This document shows positions 8,700-17,863 of a stretch of DNA of 48,235 nt, piece by piece. Each line of letters starts with the position of its first letter. Positions within the stretch are counted from its first letter, which is position 1. The notes below the pieces were generated by a model. It ran no database searches. It saw only the letters and a list, made by a program, of their open reading frames with translations, and was not told where the DNA came from. Source of the stretch: a virus (Duplodnaviria; Caudoviricetes). A program made the position numbers and the translations under genes. Where the stretch lies: positions 1 to 48,235 of IMG/VR virus record IMGVR_UViG_3300037962_000731, one strand, 5' to 3'.

Positions 8700-9120
8700 A
8701 ATCAGCAAAGGCAAGCTGGCCCAAATCCACATCGCCAAGGCCCAGCTGGGCCTGACCGATGAGGACTACCGCGCAATCCTCGCCCGCACGGCGGGCGTGA
8801 GCAGTGCCAAAGAACTCACCAATCGCACGGTCGGCGGCGTGATGCACGAGTTTCGCCGCCTCGGTTTTGAACCCAAGCCCGCCAAAAAAGCGGGCCGGAA
8901 GGCACCACGCCCGCCGCGCTCACGCCAGAATGTGATGAGCAAGATCGAAGCCATGCTCACCCACGCAGAGCGCCCATGGGCCTACGCCGACAGCATGGCA
9001 AAGCGGATGTTCAACGTTGAGCGGGTGGACTGGCTGGACGATGACCAGCTACACCGCCTGATGACCGGGCTCATCATCGACGCCAAGCGGCAAGGACGGT
9101 ACCCCAATGACCTCAAATGA
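8689..9120 (+). CDS. gemA: GemA / Mu gp16 family protein
   Basis: 'LAQIHIAKAQLGLTDEDYRAILARTAGVSSAKEL'; immediately upstream of mor. Confidence 0.88.
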   Translation: MSIKISKGKLAQIHIAKAQLGLTDEDYRAILARTAGVSSAKELTNRTVGGVMHEFRRLGFEPKPAKKAGRKAPRPPRSRQNVMSKIEAMLTHAERPWAYADSMAKRMFNVERVDWLDDDQLHRLMTGLIIDAKRQGRYPNDLK

Positions 9121-9520
9121 CGATAACCTCGATTTTGGGTTCGATGAGATTCCCAAAGATGTCCTGGAGCGCCTGCCAGACCCAGAGCTGGCCCGCCACT
9201 GGCCTCAGTCGCTGGTCGACATGCTGCAGGTGATCGAGGCCGAGTATGTCGAAATAGGGTTGGCGCCGCGCATCGCTCAACGCCTGGCGTTTTCAACCCT
9301 AAGAATTCTGGCGTATTACCACGGCGGGCAGGTATTCTATTTAGCCAAAGGGGATCAGCTCGACCGAGCGCTGCGCGACCACCAAATATGGTGCGAGTTT
9401 AACGGCAGCAACCACGCCGAGCTGGCACGGCGCTACGATAGAAACGTCATGCAGATCTACAAGATCCTGGCCGAGCAGCGGGCACTGCACCGCAACCGCA
9501 TCCAGCCTGGGCTGTTTTAA
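9107..9520 (+). CDS. mor: Mor/C-family transcription activator
   Basis: 'GGQVFYLAKG...RDHQIWCEFNGSNHAELARRY...QIYKIL'. Confidence 0.9.
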   Translation: MTSNDDNLDFGFDEIPKDVLERLPDPELARHWPQSLVDMLQVIEAEYVEIGLAPRIAQRLAFSTLRILAYYHGGQVFYLAKGDQLDRALRDHQIWCEFNGSNHAELARRYDRNVMQIYKILAEQRALHRNRIQPGLF

Positions 9521-9535
9521 GGGAGAGAGGGAGCT

Positions 9536-9865
9536 ATGAAGATTCTTGCAGGGATAACACTCATCGCTGCTGTAATGCTGTCGGGCTGCGAGTCGCAAGA
9601 AGTAAAGCAGGCAAAAGAGGCGGTTGCTAATCAGCTACGCGACCCTGAATCCGCTCAGTTTCGCAACATGACCGAAACGAGGAAAACGAGTTTGCTTGAG
9701 CATGGTGTAGTGACGGTCTGTGGCGAGGTAAATGGCAAGAATGCGTATGGAGGGTATGTGGGTTTTCAGCGCTTCGTAAGCAGGCCATCAGTAGGTATCG
9801 TGTACATGGAAAACACCTGGTCCACCTTTGACAGCGTTTGGTCTCGCCATTGCAGCGAGTCATAG
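9536..9865 (+). CDS. Accessory lipoprotein
   Basis: Lipoprotein signal peptide ending 'LSGC'; 'DPESAQFRN...VCGEVNGKNAYGGYVGFQRF'. Confidence 0.8.
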   Translation: MKILAGITLIAAVMLSGCESQEVKQAKEAVANQLRDPESAQFRNMTETRKTSLLEHGVVTVCGEVNGKNAYGGYVGFQRFVSRPSVGIVYMENTWSTFDSVWSRHCSES

Positions 9866-9901
9866 CAATATCAAACCTATCAGTTACCAAAAGGTGTCAG
9901 C

Positions 9902-11020
9902 ATGCTCAGTAAAATAATTAAAAGCCTGTTCAAGCCTAAAAGAACCAAAGCCCCCGTTCGGTCACAACCTCGACCGTCGCCCTCGCCACCCGTACCCCAA
10001 GCATCAAGCGGAGAAGTGATTGCTGCACTAAACAATGGAAATGAGGAGATTGAAATAAGGATCCCTGACGATGCTGAATTTCGGGAACGCGGCTGGATCG
10101 TCGGCAACTGGTTCAATCAGCAAGCGCTCGCCTCAGCATTTGCTGTCCAGCAGGGCGTAGATGCATCACGCCAAGTGTTACAGAAGGTGGCCTATGAAAT
10201 CACTCGCCCCCGCTACCCCGAGGAACAGAAGTTGTGGTTTCGTAAAAACATGGCGCAATTTGTTCGGCTAGACCCTGTCTACCAAAAGACGGTTGGCCGA
10301 GTGCGCGAAGCAATCCGCCGTAACCCCGGCATGATACAGAGTGAGATTTATAAAGAGCGCAGCGAAGCAGAGAAGGAAGCCGCTCGCTATGTGCTCTATT
10401 TTGCCCATGAGCTGGGTGATATCCGCCGAGAGAAGGCGGGACGGTCGTACAAGCTGTATTTGCCGGAGGGGCCGGAGCAGAAGATCAGCAACCTGCACAA
10501 GAAAGCGACAGCAGCCATCGCTGAAAAAAACCTTGAAGAAGCGGTGGCGTATCTTGAAGAAGCCCAAAAATTAATGGCAGTGGAGGAAGGTTACCCGATA
10601 GAGCGCTACTTGCGCCTACCCAATTACCTTCAGCAGGCGGGGCGCATGACAGACGCTGAAGCCATCTTCAAAGAGCTACTGGCTACATGGCAGCAAGGGT
10701 ATGAGCAATCTGCAATCCATAGCCAGTGGCGTATCGCTTGTAATCGTGAAAGAGACTACCACGGTGCATGTTTGCACGGCGTGCATAGCATTCTCTGGAC
10801 CTGCGTTTCCTGCGCTGAACAAGAACGCCTGCCTGAAGAGTGGCAAATAGCTGATCATTGGTCGTCTGACCTAGCCAAACTGCTCAAACGAGCAAAGAAG
10901 ACCGAGCAACTGGATTCAGTGTTGGAGCGTTTGGCTCCATTCTTCGCCGAGCCGCGTCGTGATGCCGTTGCGAGTACGCTTCATTCCGTACAAGAACTAC
11001 TCTATACCAATCACTCTTGA
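9902..11020 (+). CDS. Accessory hypothetical protein with helical/TPR-like C-terminal half
   Basis: 372-aa ORF, codon usage differs from core genes, followed by a terminator. Confidence 0.75.
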   Translation: MLSKIIKSLFKPKRTKAPVRSQPRPSPSPPVPQASSGEVIAALNNGNEEIEIRIPDDAEFRERGWIVGNWFNQQALASAFAVQQGVDASRQVLQKVAYEITRPRYPEEQKLWFRKNMAQFVRLDPVYQKTVGRVREAIRRNPGMIQSEIYKERSEAEKEAARYVLYFAHELGDIRREKAGRSYKLYLPEGPEQKISNLHKKATAAIAEKNLEEAVAYLEEAQKLMAVEEGYPIERYLRLPNYLQQAGRMTDAEAIFKELLATWQQGYEQSAIHSQWRIACNRERDYHGACLHGVHSILWTCVSCAEQERLPEEWQIADHWSSDLAKLLKRAKKTEQLDSVLERLAPFFAEPRRDAVASTLHSVQELLYTNHS

Positions 11021-11093
11021 CCTTTTCGCCAGCAGTCGCGTTCAATAGCTAGTAGAGCGCCCGAGCGGCCTGACCGCCAGAGCGCCTGTGAAG

Positions 11094-11123
11094 ATGCCCA
11101 CCCCTCGGTGGGCATTTTTCTTT
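11094..11123 (+). terminator. Intrinsic terminator
   Basis: ATGCCCACC-CCTC-GGTGGGCAT followed by TTTTCTTT. Confidence 0.8.
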
Positions 11124-11165
11124 AATTCCCGCTAATCCCGACGCCTCACCCTACCGCCCTATCCT
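11120..11165 (+). promoter_or_regulatory. Putative Mor/C-activated late promoter (lysis operon)
   Basis: CTTTAA-N4-CGCTAA-TCCCG, shared with 19435-19456; -10-like TATCCT starts 25 nt after the motif end; no -35. Confidence 0.6.
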
Positions 11166-11214
11166 GAACCTCACTGCTCTGTGCTTCGCTCACCTGCAAT
11201 GAGGCTTTCTCACC

Positions 11215-11577
11215 ATGCCCCGTGACGACCTTTCTACCCATTTCAAACGCCGTGAATTCGCCTGCAAATGCGGGTGTGGGTTCGATACGGTAGACCTTGA
11301 AACCCTGACACTGCTGCAAGACATCCGCCTGCATTTCAATGCCCCCGTCATCATCAACAGCGGGTGCCGCTGTGCGGCCTACAACCGACGTGTAGGCGGT
11401 GCTGCCGCCAGCCAGCATGTGTTTGGCCGCGCCGCCGATATCCGCGTGCAAGGCATCGACCCTGCCGTGGTGGCCACCTACGTGGAAACCCAGCACCCCA
11501 CGGCCAGCGTGGGTCGCTACAACACCTTCACCCACGTAGACACACGCACAAGCGGCCCTGCCCGCTGGGGCGGGTGA
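11215..11577 (+). CDS. Endolysin, peptidase M15A family
   Basis: 'HFKRREFACKCGCG', 'INSGCRC..YNRRVGG', 'SQHVFGRAADI', 'FTHVD' zinc-peptidase motifs. Confidence 0.9.
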   Translation: MPRDDLSTHFKRREFACKCGCGFDTVDLETLTLLQDIRLHFNAPVIINSGCRCAAYNRRVGGAAASQHVFGRAADIRVQGIDPAVVATYVETQHPTASVGRYNTFTHVDTRTSGPARWGG

Positions 11578-11580
11578 ACC

Positions 11581-12141
11581 ATGCAATGGCGAGAACTAGC
11601 CACCACCGTGGGCGGTATGGCCCCGCTGATCGGCAGCGCCCTCGGTGGCCCCGCTGGGGCAGCCGTGGGCCAACTAGCCGCCAAAGCCTTAGGCGTTGCC
11701 GCCACCCCCGACGCTGTCGCCCAGGCACTCGGCGACCCAGACGCCGCCATCAAGCTCCAGCAGCTCGAAAACGACCACCAGCAAACCCTCGCCCGCATGG
11801 TGCTAGAAGCCGAAAGCGTGCGCCTTAGCGAGGTAAACAAAACCATGCGGGCCGAAGCGGCGAGCAACGACGCCTATGTGCGCCGTTGGCGGCCTACCTT
11901 TGGCTATCTCACTGCGATTGCCTGGGTTATCCAGTGCGTGGCCATTGCCTGGTCGATTGTGGCCACGCCGGAGCAAGCAGGGGTGGTAGCCCAAGCCGTT
12001 ACCGCACTCACCCCCATGTGGGGCGTAGCGCTTGCCATGTTGGGGATTAACGCCACCTGCCGAAGCCGCGACAAACAAGTGGCCGCAGGGCAACAGCCGA
12101 GCGGCTTTATGGACGCCGTGATAAAGCGCGTTGGCCGCTAA
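11581..12141 (+). CDS. Putative holin (3TM-type)
   Basis: Follows endolysin; 'LGGPAGAAVG', 'RRWRPTFGY' then hydrophobic segments. Confidence 0.7.
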   Translation: MQWRELATTVGGMAPLIGSALGGPAGAAVGQLAAKALGVAATPDAVAQALGDPDAAIKLQQLENDHQQTLARMVLEAESVRLSEVNKTMRAEAASNDAYVRRWRPTFGYLTAIAWVIQCVAIAWSIVATPEQAGVVAQAVTALTPMWGVALAMLGINATCRSRDKQVAAGQQPSGFMDAVIKRVGR

Positions 12142-12161
12142 CCCACCGATAAGGGAACCTC

Positions 12162-12503
12162 ATGGAGTTATTCAACTGGAACGCCGCCAAGGTGATCTTC
12201 GACGTGATGCAGGCACTGCTTACCGCACTCATGGCGGTCTATGTCTACTGGCTGAACAAGCACCGCGCCAGCCAAGCCGCGATTAAAGGCACCAACGATC
12301 GTATCGATGGCGTTGAGAAGAAAGTGGTCAACCTGGAGCACAAAGTGGAACGCCTACCCGATCACGAGGACATCGAAAAGCTACAGGAGCAAATGGCACG
12401 CACCAACGTACTGCTGGCGGAGATCAGCGCTAACCAAAAAAGTACGTCAGTACAGGTCAACCGCATTAACGACTACTTGCTGAACCAAGGGGGCCGCTCA
12501 TGA
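12162..12503 (+). CDS. DUF2730-like membrane-anchored coiled-coil protein
   Basis: N-terminal TM segment, coiled coil, 'LP...D', C-terminal 'INDYLL'; conserved slot before gp26. Confidence 0.7.
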   Translation: MELFNWNAAKVIFDVMQALLTALMAVYVYWLNKHRASQAAIKGTNDRIDGVEKKVVNLEHKVERLPDHEDIEKLQEQMARTNVLLAEISANQKSTSVQVNRINDYLLNQGGRS

Positions 12504-12808
12504 CCGGGCAACACTTTTCCGACTTCGAAACCGAAGGCCGCCGCCTGGGCATCCTGCGGATTCTGTCGCGCCGCAGCCAGTTCACGACCAACGAATACAG
12601 CCTGAACGATGAGCTGAAAGGCGCCTACGCCCACCACATCAGCCGCGACAAGCTACACGGCGATATTGCTTGGCTGGAAGAGCAAGGCCTGGTGATTGCC
12701 CAGCAGCCCCGCGCGGGCTGGATCGTGACCCTCACCTCACGCGGTGCCGACTGTGCCGAAGGCCTCGCCAATGTACCCGGCGTCGCCAAACCGCGACCGG
12801 GAGCGTAA
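12500..12808 (+). CDS. Mu gp26-like protein
   Basis: 'RRLGILRIL...WLEEQGLV...LTSRGAD...PGVAKPRP'. Confidence 0.8.
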   Translation: MTGQHFSDFETEGRRLGILRILSRRSQFTTNEYSLNDELKGAYAHHISRDKLHGDIAWLEEQGLVIAQQPRAGWIVTLTSRGADCAEGLANVPGVAKPRPGA

Positions 12809-12810
12809 CC

Positions 12811-13359
12811 ATGCCGCCCCGTAACAAGGTGTTCGACCTGCCCCAAGAGGTGCGCGAAGAACTCAACGAGAAGCTCGTCAGCAGTGGCTTCCAAGGCTAC
12901 GAAGCGTTAGCCGGGTGGCTCAGCGAGCGCGGTTATAACGTTTCCAAGTCCAGCGTTCACCGCTATGGCCAGGATCTCCAGGAGGAGTTCGAAGAAGCCA
13001 TGGGCGACGTGCGTAAAACCACCGAGCTAGCCCGCGCCATGGCCAGCGATGGCGAAGACGAAAGCGGACACCTGATCGACGCCACCGCCCGCATCGTGCA
13101 AGACCAGCTCCTGCGTATCTCTATCGCCATGCGCAAGGCCGAAGAAGACCCCGCCAAAGCCGCCAAGCAGCTCGGCAGCGTGACCAAAGCGCTGGCCGAT
13201 ATTGGGCGCGTGAGTTTGAGCCAGAAGAAATGGGCCAAGGAGCTGCGGGTGGAAGTGGCCAGAGAGGCAGCGGAAAAAGCCGAGACCAGCATGGCGACTC
13301 AAGGCATGAGCCGCGACGCCATCGACGCCATCAAGCGCGATATTCTGGGGATTGCCTAA
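12811..13359 (+). CDS. Mu gp27-like (DUF3486) small terminase subunit
   Basis: 'KVFDLPQEVREELN...GYNVSKSSVHRYG'; position before large terminase. Confidence 0.82.
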   Translation: MPPRNKVFDLPQEVREELNEKLVSSGFQGYEALAGWLSERGYNVSKSSVHRYGQDLQEEFEEAMGDVRKTTELARAMASDGEDESGHLIDATARIVQDQLLRISIAMRKAEEDPAKAAKQLGSVTKALADIGRVSLSQKKWAKELRVEVAREAAEKAETSMATQGMSRDAIDAIKRDILGIA

Positions 13360-13460
13360 TGGATGAACTCACCATTGCACAGGCCATAGTCGATGCTGCT
13401 GATAGCCTCGGCTGGGCCATTGTGATCGCAGCCTTCATTCGGGGGTTCTTGAACAAATGA
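13359..13460 (+). CDS. 33-aa hydrophobic peptide
   Basis: TAATG and ATGA coupling on both sides; MDELTIAQAIVDAADSLGWAIVIAAFIRGFLNK. Confidence 0.5.
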   Translation: MDELTIAQAIVDAADSLGWAIVIAAFIRGFLNK

Positions 13461-14968
13461 GCGCACTGCCCGAATCCGTTCTGCTGCCCTACCAAAAGGC
13501 GTGGATCGAAGACGACTCGGACCTCAAGATTGCCGAGAAGAGCCGCCGTACCGGCTTGACCTGGGGCGAAGCCGCTGATGCCGTGCTGTCGGCCAGCAGC
13601 GCCAAAGCCGCCGGGGGCACCAACCACTTCTATGTGGGCTCCAACAAAGACATGGCCATCGAGTTTATCGATGCCTGCGCCATGTGGGCCAAGGCCTTCA
13701 ACCGCGCCGCTAGCCACATCCAGGAGGAGCTGTACCACGACGAAGACAAGGATATTTTGACATTCAATATCCACTTCTCCAGTGGCTTCAAGATCCAGGC
13801 GCTCAGCTCGCGTCCCAGCAATATGCGTGGCCGCCAGGGCAACGTCACCATTGACGAAGCCGCCTTCCACGATCAGCTGGCCGAAGTGCTCAAGGCCGCG
13901 CTCGCCCTCACCATGTGGGGCGCAAAGGTGCGCCTGATTAGCACCCACAACGGCGTCGAGAACCTGTTCAATGAGCTGATTCAAGACAGCCGTGCAGGCA
14001 AGAAGCGCTACAGCGTTCACCGCATCACGCTGGATGATGCGTGCGAGCAAGGGCTCTATAAACGCATTTGCCAAGTGCGCGGCAAGCCCTGGACGCCAGA
14101 GGCAGAGGAAGAATGGAAGGCCAACCTGCTCAAGGACACCGCCACCCGAGAAGACGCCCTGGAGGAATACTACTGCGTGCCCAAGGCAGGCGGCGGTGCT
14201 TACCTCTCACGCGCCATGATCGAGGCGCGCATGGTCGATGCGCCGGTGATTCGCTTTGAAGGCAGTGCCGAATTCAACGCGGTACCGGAGCACTACCGCG
14301 CCCTAGAGATAGACGCCTGGTGCCAAGAGCATTTGCTGCCGCTGCTCGACAAACTCGACCCGCGTTTAGCCCACTGCTTTGGCGAAGACTTTGGCCGCAG
14401 CGGCGACTTAACCGTCATTGCCCCGATGGCCATCACTCAGCAGCTCGTGCGTCAGGTGCCGTTCCTGGTAGAGCTGCGCAACGTGCCGTTCAAGCAGCAA
14501 GAGCAAGTGCTGTTCTTCATCGTGGACCGCCTGCCACGCCTACAAGGCGGCGCGCTGGACGGTCGCGGCAACGGCCAGTACCTGGCAGAGCAAGCCGCCG
14601 AGCGCTACGGCAGCATTGTCGAGGTCATCATGCTTTCCCAAAGCTGGTACCTGAACAACATGCCCCCCTTCAAGGCAGCGTTTGAAGACGAACTCATCAC
14701 GCTGCCCCGCGACAGCCAAGTGGTCGACGACCTGCGCGCCCTGCAGGTGATCAAGGGCGTGCCCAAGCTGCCCGATGCCAAAACCGGCTTAAGCCGCGAC
14801 CGCCACGGCGATGCCGCTATTGCACTGGCCATGGCGTACTACGCCAGCCTGATGGACGTGGTACCCATCGAATTCACACCCGCGCCCCTGCCTGGTGCTT
14901 CCCGCCAGGACGACGACAGCGACGACATTGATATGCACGGTTTTGGAATAGGAGGCGGCGCATGGTAA
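13457..14968 (+). CDS. Large terminase subunit (Mu gp28-like)
   Basis: 'LLPYQ', 'EKSRRTGLTW', Walker B 'TIDEAAF', 'ISTHNG', nuclease 'GEDFGRSGD' and 'HGDAAIA'. Confidence 0.95.
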   Translation: MSALPESVLLPYQKAWIEDDSDLKIAEKSRRTGLTWGEAADAVLSASSAKAAGGTNHFYVGSNKDMAIEFIDACAMWAKAFNRAASHIQEELYHDEDKDILTFNIHFSSGFKIQALSSRPSNMRGRQGNVTIDEAAFHDQLAEVLKAALALTMWGAKVRLISTHNGVENLFNELIQDSRAGKKRYSVHRITLDDACEQGLYKRICQVRGKPWTPEAEEEWKANLLKDTATREDALEEYYCVPKAGGGAYLSRAMIEARMVDAPVIRFEGSAEFNAVPEHYRALEIDAWCQEHLLPLLDKLDPRLAHCFGEDFGRSGDLTVIAPMAITQQLVRQVPFLVELRNVPFKQQEQVLFFIVDRLPRLQGGALDGRGNGQYLAEQAAERYGSIVEVIMLSQSWYLNNMPPFKAAFEDELITLPRDSQVVDDLRALQVIKGVPKLPDAKTGLSRDRHGDAAIALAMAYYASLMDVVPIEFTPAPLPGASRQDDDSDDIDMHGFGIGGGAW

Positions 14969-16581
14969 GCCCCACCGCGAAGTATCGGCGCAACCTGGTC
15001 AAAGCCAACGCGCCCGCACTCAAAGAGCAACAGACGAACGATGCCCGCATCGGGCAGCTCAAGCGCGAATTTGCCGAGCACCCGACGAAAGGCCTTACGC
15101 CTGCGCGCCTTTACCAGATCCTGGAGGCCGCTGAGCAAGGCGACCTCAAAGCGCAAAGCGAGCTGTTCGATGATATGGAGGAGAAAGACCCCCAGATCGG
15201 TGCCGACTTGGGCAAGCGTAGGCAACTAGCAGCAGAGCGCGAATGGCAGATCGTGCCGCCAGATAACGCCAGCGCCCAAGAGAAGCGCGCCACCGAACAC
15301 GCCATTGAGGTGTTCTCAGGGCTGGAAGTTGAAGACCTTATCTTAGACTTGGGTACCGGCATCGGCCACGGCTGGGCCAACCTGGAGTTATCGTGGCAAC
15401 GCGACGGCGCACTGCGCTACATCGAGCAGCCCACGCTTCGCCCGCACTCTTGGTTCCGCTTGCACCCCGACGACCAGAACTGCATCACCCTGCGCGATAA
15501 CAGCGCCACCGGTGCGGAGCTATGGCCGCTGGGCTGGGTGCAACACCGCCACCGAGCCAAGAGCGGCTACGTCGCCCGCATGGGCCTGCACCGCATGCTG
15601 GCATGGCCCTACCTGTTCCAGAACTACGCCCTGGGGGATCTCGCCCAACTGCTGGAAATCTACGGCCTACCGGCCCGCATCGGTAAGTACCCACGCAACG
15701 CCACCGAGCGAGAGAAGGCCACGCTGCTGCGCGCCGTGGTCACGCTGGGCCAGAACGCCGCTGGCATCATCCCCGAAGGCATGGGCATCGAGTTCATGGA
15801 GGCGGCGGGTAAAGGCGCATCCTCGGATATTTTTAAAACCATGATGGACTGGTGCGAGCGCGCCAAAGCCAAGGCGATTCTGGGCGGCACGCTCACCAGC
15901 GGTACCGGCGAAGGCACCAACACGAACGCGCTGGGCAACGTGCATGAACGTGGCCAGATGAGCCTGATCCGCTCCGACGCCCGCCAGTACGCAGGCAGCA
16001 TCCGTAACGCCATCCTATGGCCCATGGCCGCGCTCAACTTCGGCATTGATAAGCCCCAGCGTGCGCCTCGGTTCTACCTCGACTGTGGCGAAACCGAAGA
16101 CCTGGAGCGCCTCTCCAAGAGCTTGCCGACCATTGTGGACATGGGCGTAAAAGTGCCCATGTGGTGGTTCCATGAGAAAAGCGGCATCCCCAAAGCGGCC
16201 GAAGGCGAAGACGTACTGATGCCAAAGGCAGCGCCAAATCCGTTTGGGGCCCTGCGCATTCCTGCCTCACGGCCACCGCTAGCCGCCCTACGCCAGGCAC
16301 CCACGCAACCGGGTCAGCCGAGCTACTACCGCGATGCCACGCTGGACAAGCTCGACGACCAGGCGCAGCCAATCGTCACCGGCTGGGTCAACCAGGTGCA
16401 GCAGCTCGCCGAGCAAGCGGAAAGCCTAGAGCAACTGCAAGAGATGATCGCCACGGCGTTTGACGACCTCGACGAATCGGAGCTTGCAGACGTGATGGCC
16501 ACCGCGTTTGAAGCGGCCAACCTAGCAGGCCGTGCCACTGTTCTTGAAGGGCAGGATGAGGAAACCGGCGATGCCGATTAG
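14962..16581 (+). CDS. Portal protein (DUF935, Mu gp29-like)
   Basis: 'GLTPARL..IL..AEQGD', 'EIYGLPARIGKY', 'KAILGGTLTS', 'ALGNVH'. Confidence 0.93.
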   Translation: MVSPTAKYRRNLVKANAPALKEQQTNDARIGQLKREFAEHPTKGLTPARLYQILEAAEQGDLKAQSELFDDMEEKDPQIGADLGKRRQLAAEREWQIVPPDNASAQEKRATEHAIEVFSGLEVEDLILDLGTGIGHGWANLELSWQRDGALRYIEQPTLRPHSWFRLHPDDQNCITLRDNSATGAELWPLGWVQHRHRAKSGYVARMGLHRMLAWPYLFQNYALGDLAQLLEIYGLPARIGKYPRNATEREKATLLRAVVTLGQNAAGIIPEGMGIEFMEAAGKGASSDIFKTMMDWCERAKAKAILGGTLTSGTGEGTNTNALGNVHERGQMSLIRSDARQYAGSIRNAILWPMAALNFGIDKPQRAPRFYLDCGETEDLERLSKSLPTIVDMGVKVPMWWFHEKSGIPKAAEGEDVLMPKAAPNPFGALRIPASRPPLAALRQAPTQPGQPSYYRDATLDKLDDQAQPIVTGWVNQVQQLAEQAESLEQLQEMIATAFDDLDESELADVMATAFEAANLAGRATVLEGQDEETGDAD

Positions 16582-17737
16582 CGCCCAGTTCAACCGCCCG
16601 TTCCCGGAGCAAATAAGCTTCTTTAGGAACAAGCTGAACCTGCCAACGACCCGCTCCGGGCAAATCACCCGCGACCAGAACGACGCGGCCTTTGTGGTGG
16701 CCGGTGCCACCAAGGCGGATCTGCTCGCCGACCTGCGCGGTGCAGTAGACGACGCGATCAGCAACGGCCAAAGCCTCGGCGAGTTCCGAAAGCAGTTTGA
16801 AGAGATCGTGGCAAAGCGAGGGTGGACGGGCTGGACAGGCGAAGGCAGCAAAGCAGGCCGCGCATGGCGTACCCGTCTTATCTACAAGACGAACCTCGAT
16901 ACCAGCTACGCCGCTGGCCGCTGGGCACAGATGACCGACCCGGACGTGGTTCGACTGCGCCCCTACTGGCGCTACATCCACAACACCATCGAAAACCCAC
17001 GCCAACAGCACCAGCGCTGGAACAACTTGGTGCTGCGTGCAGATGACCCTTGGTGGCAAGCGCACTACCCACCCAACGGCTTTGGCTGCAACTGCGGTGT
17101 GGAAACACTAAACGAACGCGGCCTGCGCCGCCTGGGTAAAGATGGGCCGGATGCTGCGCCGAATGATGGCACTTATGAAAGCGTTGATAACACCACCGGC
17201 GAAGTCGTCACAGTGCCAAATGGCGTGCAGCCCGGCTGGGACTACGCCCCAGGGCAAACCGCCACCGAGCGTGCGATCGCTGCCCGCCTGAACCGGCTGG
17301 ATAGTGTAGAAGCCACGATTGCCCGGCAGAACGTCGCCGACCTGGTCGAAGCGCCGCTGTTCAATCGATTCTGGAATGGCGAAGTGCGAGGCGAATATCC
17401 GGTGGCGGTGGTTCCACCCGTAGAACGACAGGTGCTAGGGGCAGAAAGCCCCGTGGTGCTGCTCTCTCAAGAGAGCCTCACGGCGCACAAGGTCAGCCAC
17501 CCCGAAGTGGGCTTGGAGGATTACCGCCGGATTCAGCAGATACTGGACGAAGGCGAAGTGTACCAACGCGAAGGCGAACCAGGTCGCATGGTCTACCTGA
17601 ACCTGGGTGAACGCCTCTACAGAGCCGCGCTAAAGCGAACAAGCGATGGCAAGAAGAACTACTTCCTCACGCTGTTTATCGTGAGCGATGAAAAGGCCGA
17701 GCGGGAAGTCAGGCGGAAAATGGAGCGCGTGCGGTAG
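16571..17737 (+). CDS. MuF (gp30) minor head protein with C-terminal putative BECR-fold RNase (PBECR2-like) domain
   Basis: MuF motifs 'AFVVAG', 'IYKTNLDTSYAAGRW', 'PPNGFGCNC', 'GWDYAPG'; extra ~120-aa tail 'HKVSHPEVGLEDYRRIQQILDEG...YRAALKRT...YFLTLF'. Confidence 0.85.
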   Translation: MPISAQFNRPFPEQISFFRNKLNLPTTRSGQITRDQNDAAFVVAGATKADLLADLRGAVDDAISNGQSLGEFRKQFEEIVAKRGWTGWTGEGSKAGRAWRTRLIYKTNLDTSYAAGRWAQMTDPDVVRLRPYWRYIHNTIENPRQQHQRWNNLVLRADDPWWQAHYPPNGFGCNCGVETLNERGLRRLGKDGPDAAPNDGTYESVDNTTGEVVTVPNGVQPGWDYAPGQTATERAIAARLNRLDSVEATIARQNVADLVEAPLFNRFWNGEVRGEYPVAVVPPVERQVLGAESPVVLLSQESLTAHKVSHPEVGLEDYRRIQQILDEGEVYQREGEPGRMVYLNLGERLYRAALKRTSDGKKNYFLTLFIVSDEKAEREVRRKMERVR

Positions 17738-17757
17738 AGGAACTGAGTTGGAGGAAC

Positions 17758-17841
17758 GTGGTGCAACGCTGGTTCGCCATCCCCAGATACCTCATCTGCT
17801 AACGCAGGGTACACCAGGCGAATATTGGTCTTTCGCACCAC
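17758..17841 (+). ncRNA. Candidate structured (pseudoknotted) RNA downstream of MuF
   Basis: Closing stem GTGGTGC/GCACCAC, hairpin CTGG/CCAG with loop TTCGCC complementary to GGCGAA(17817-17822), hairpin TACC..CTGC-TAAC-GCAG-GGTA. Confidence 0.5.
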
Positions 17842-17863
17842 ACAAACAGTATAGGAGAGAACC

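Noticed and set aside
13331-14074. 247-aa antisense ORF (similarly 16388-17065, 19457-20275, 25342-26283)
   Set aside because: Shadow frames of well-supported GC-rich structural genes, with no recognisable motifs
17758-17841. Known self-cleaving ribozyme or intrinsic terminator after MuF
   Set aside because: I could not match hammerhead, twister, pistol or HDV core motifs and there is no U-tract; kept as an unclassified RNA candidate
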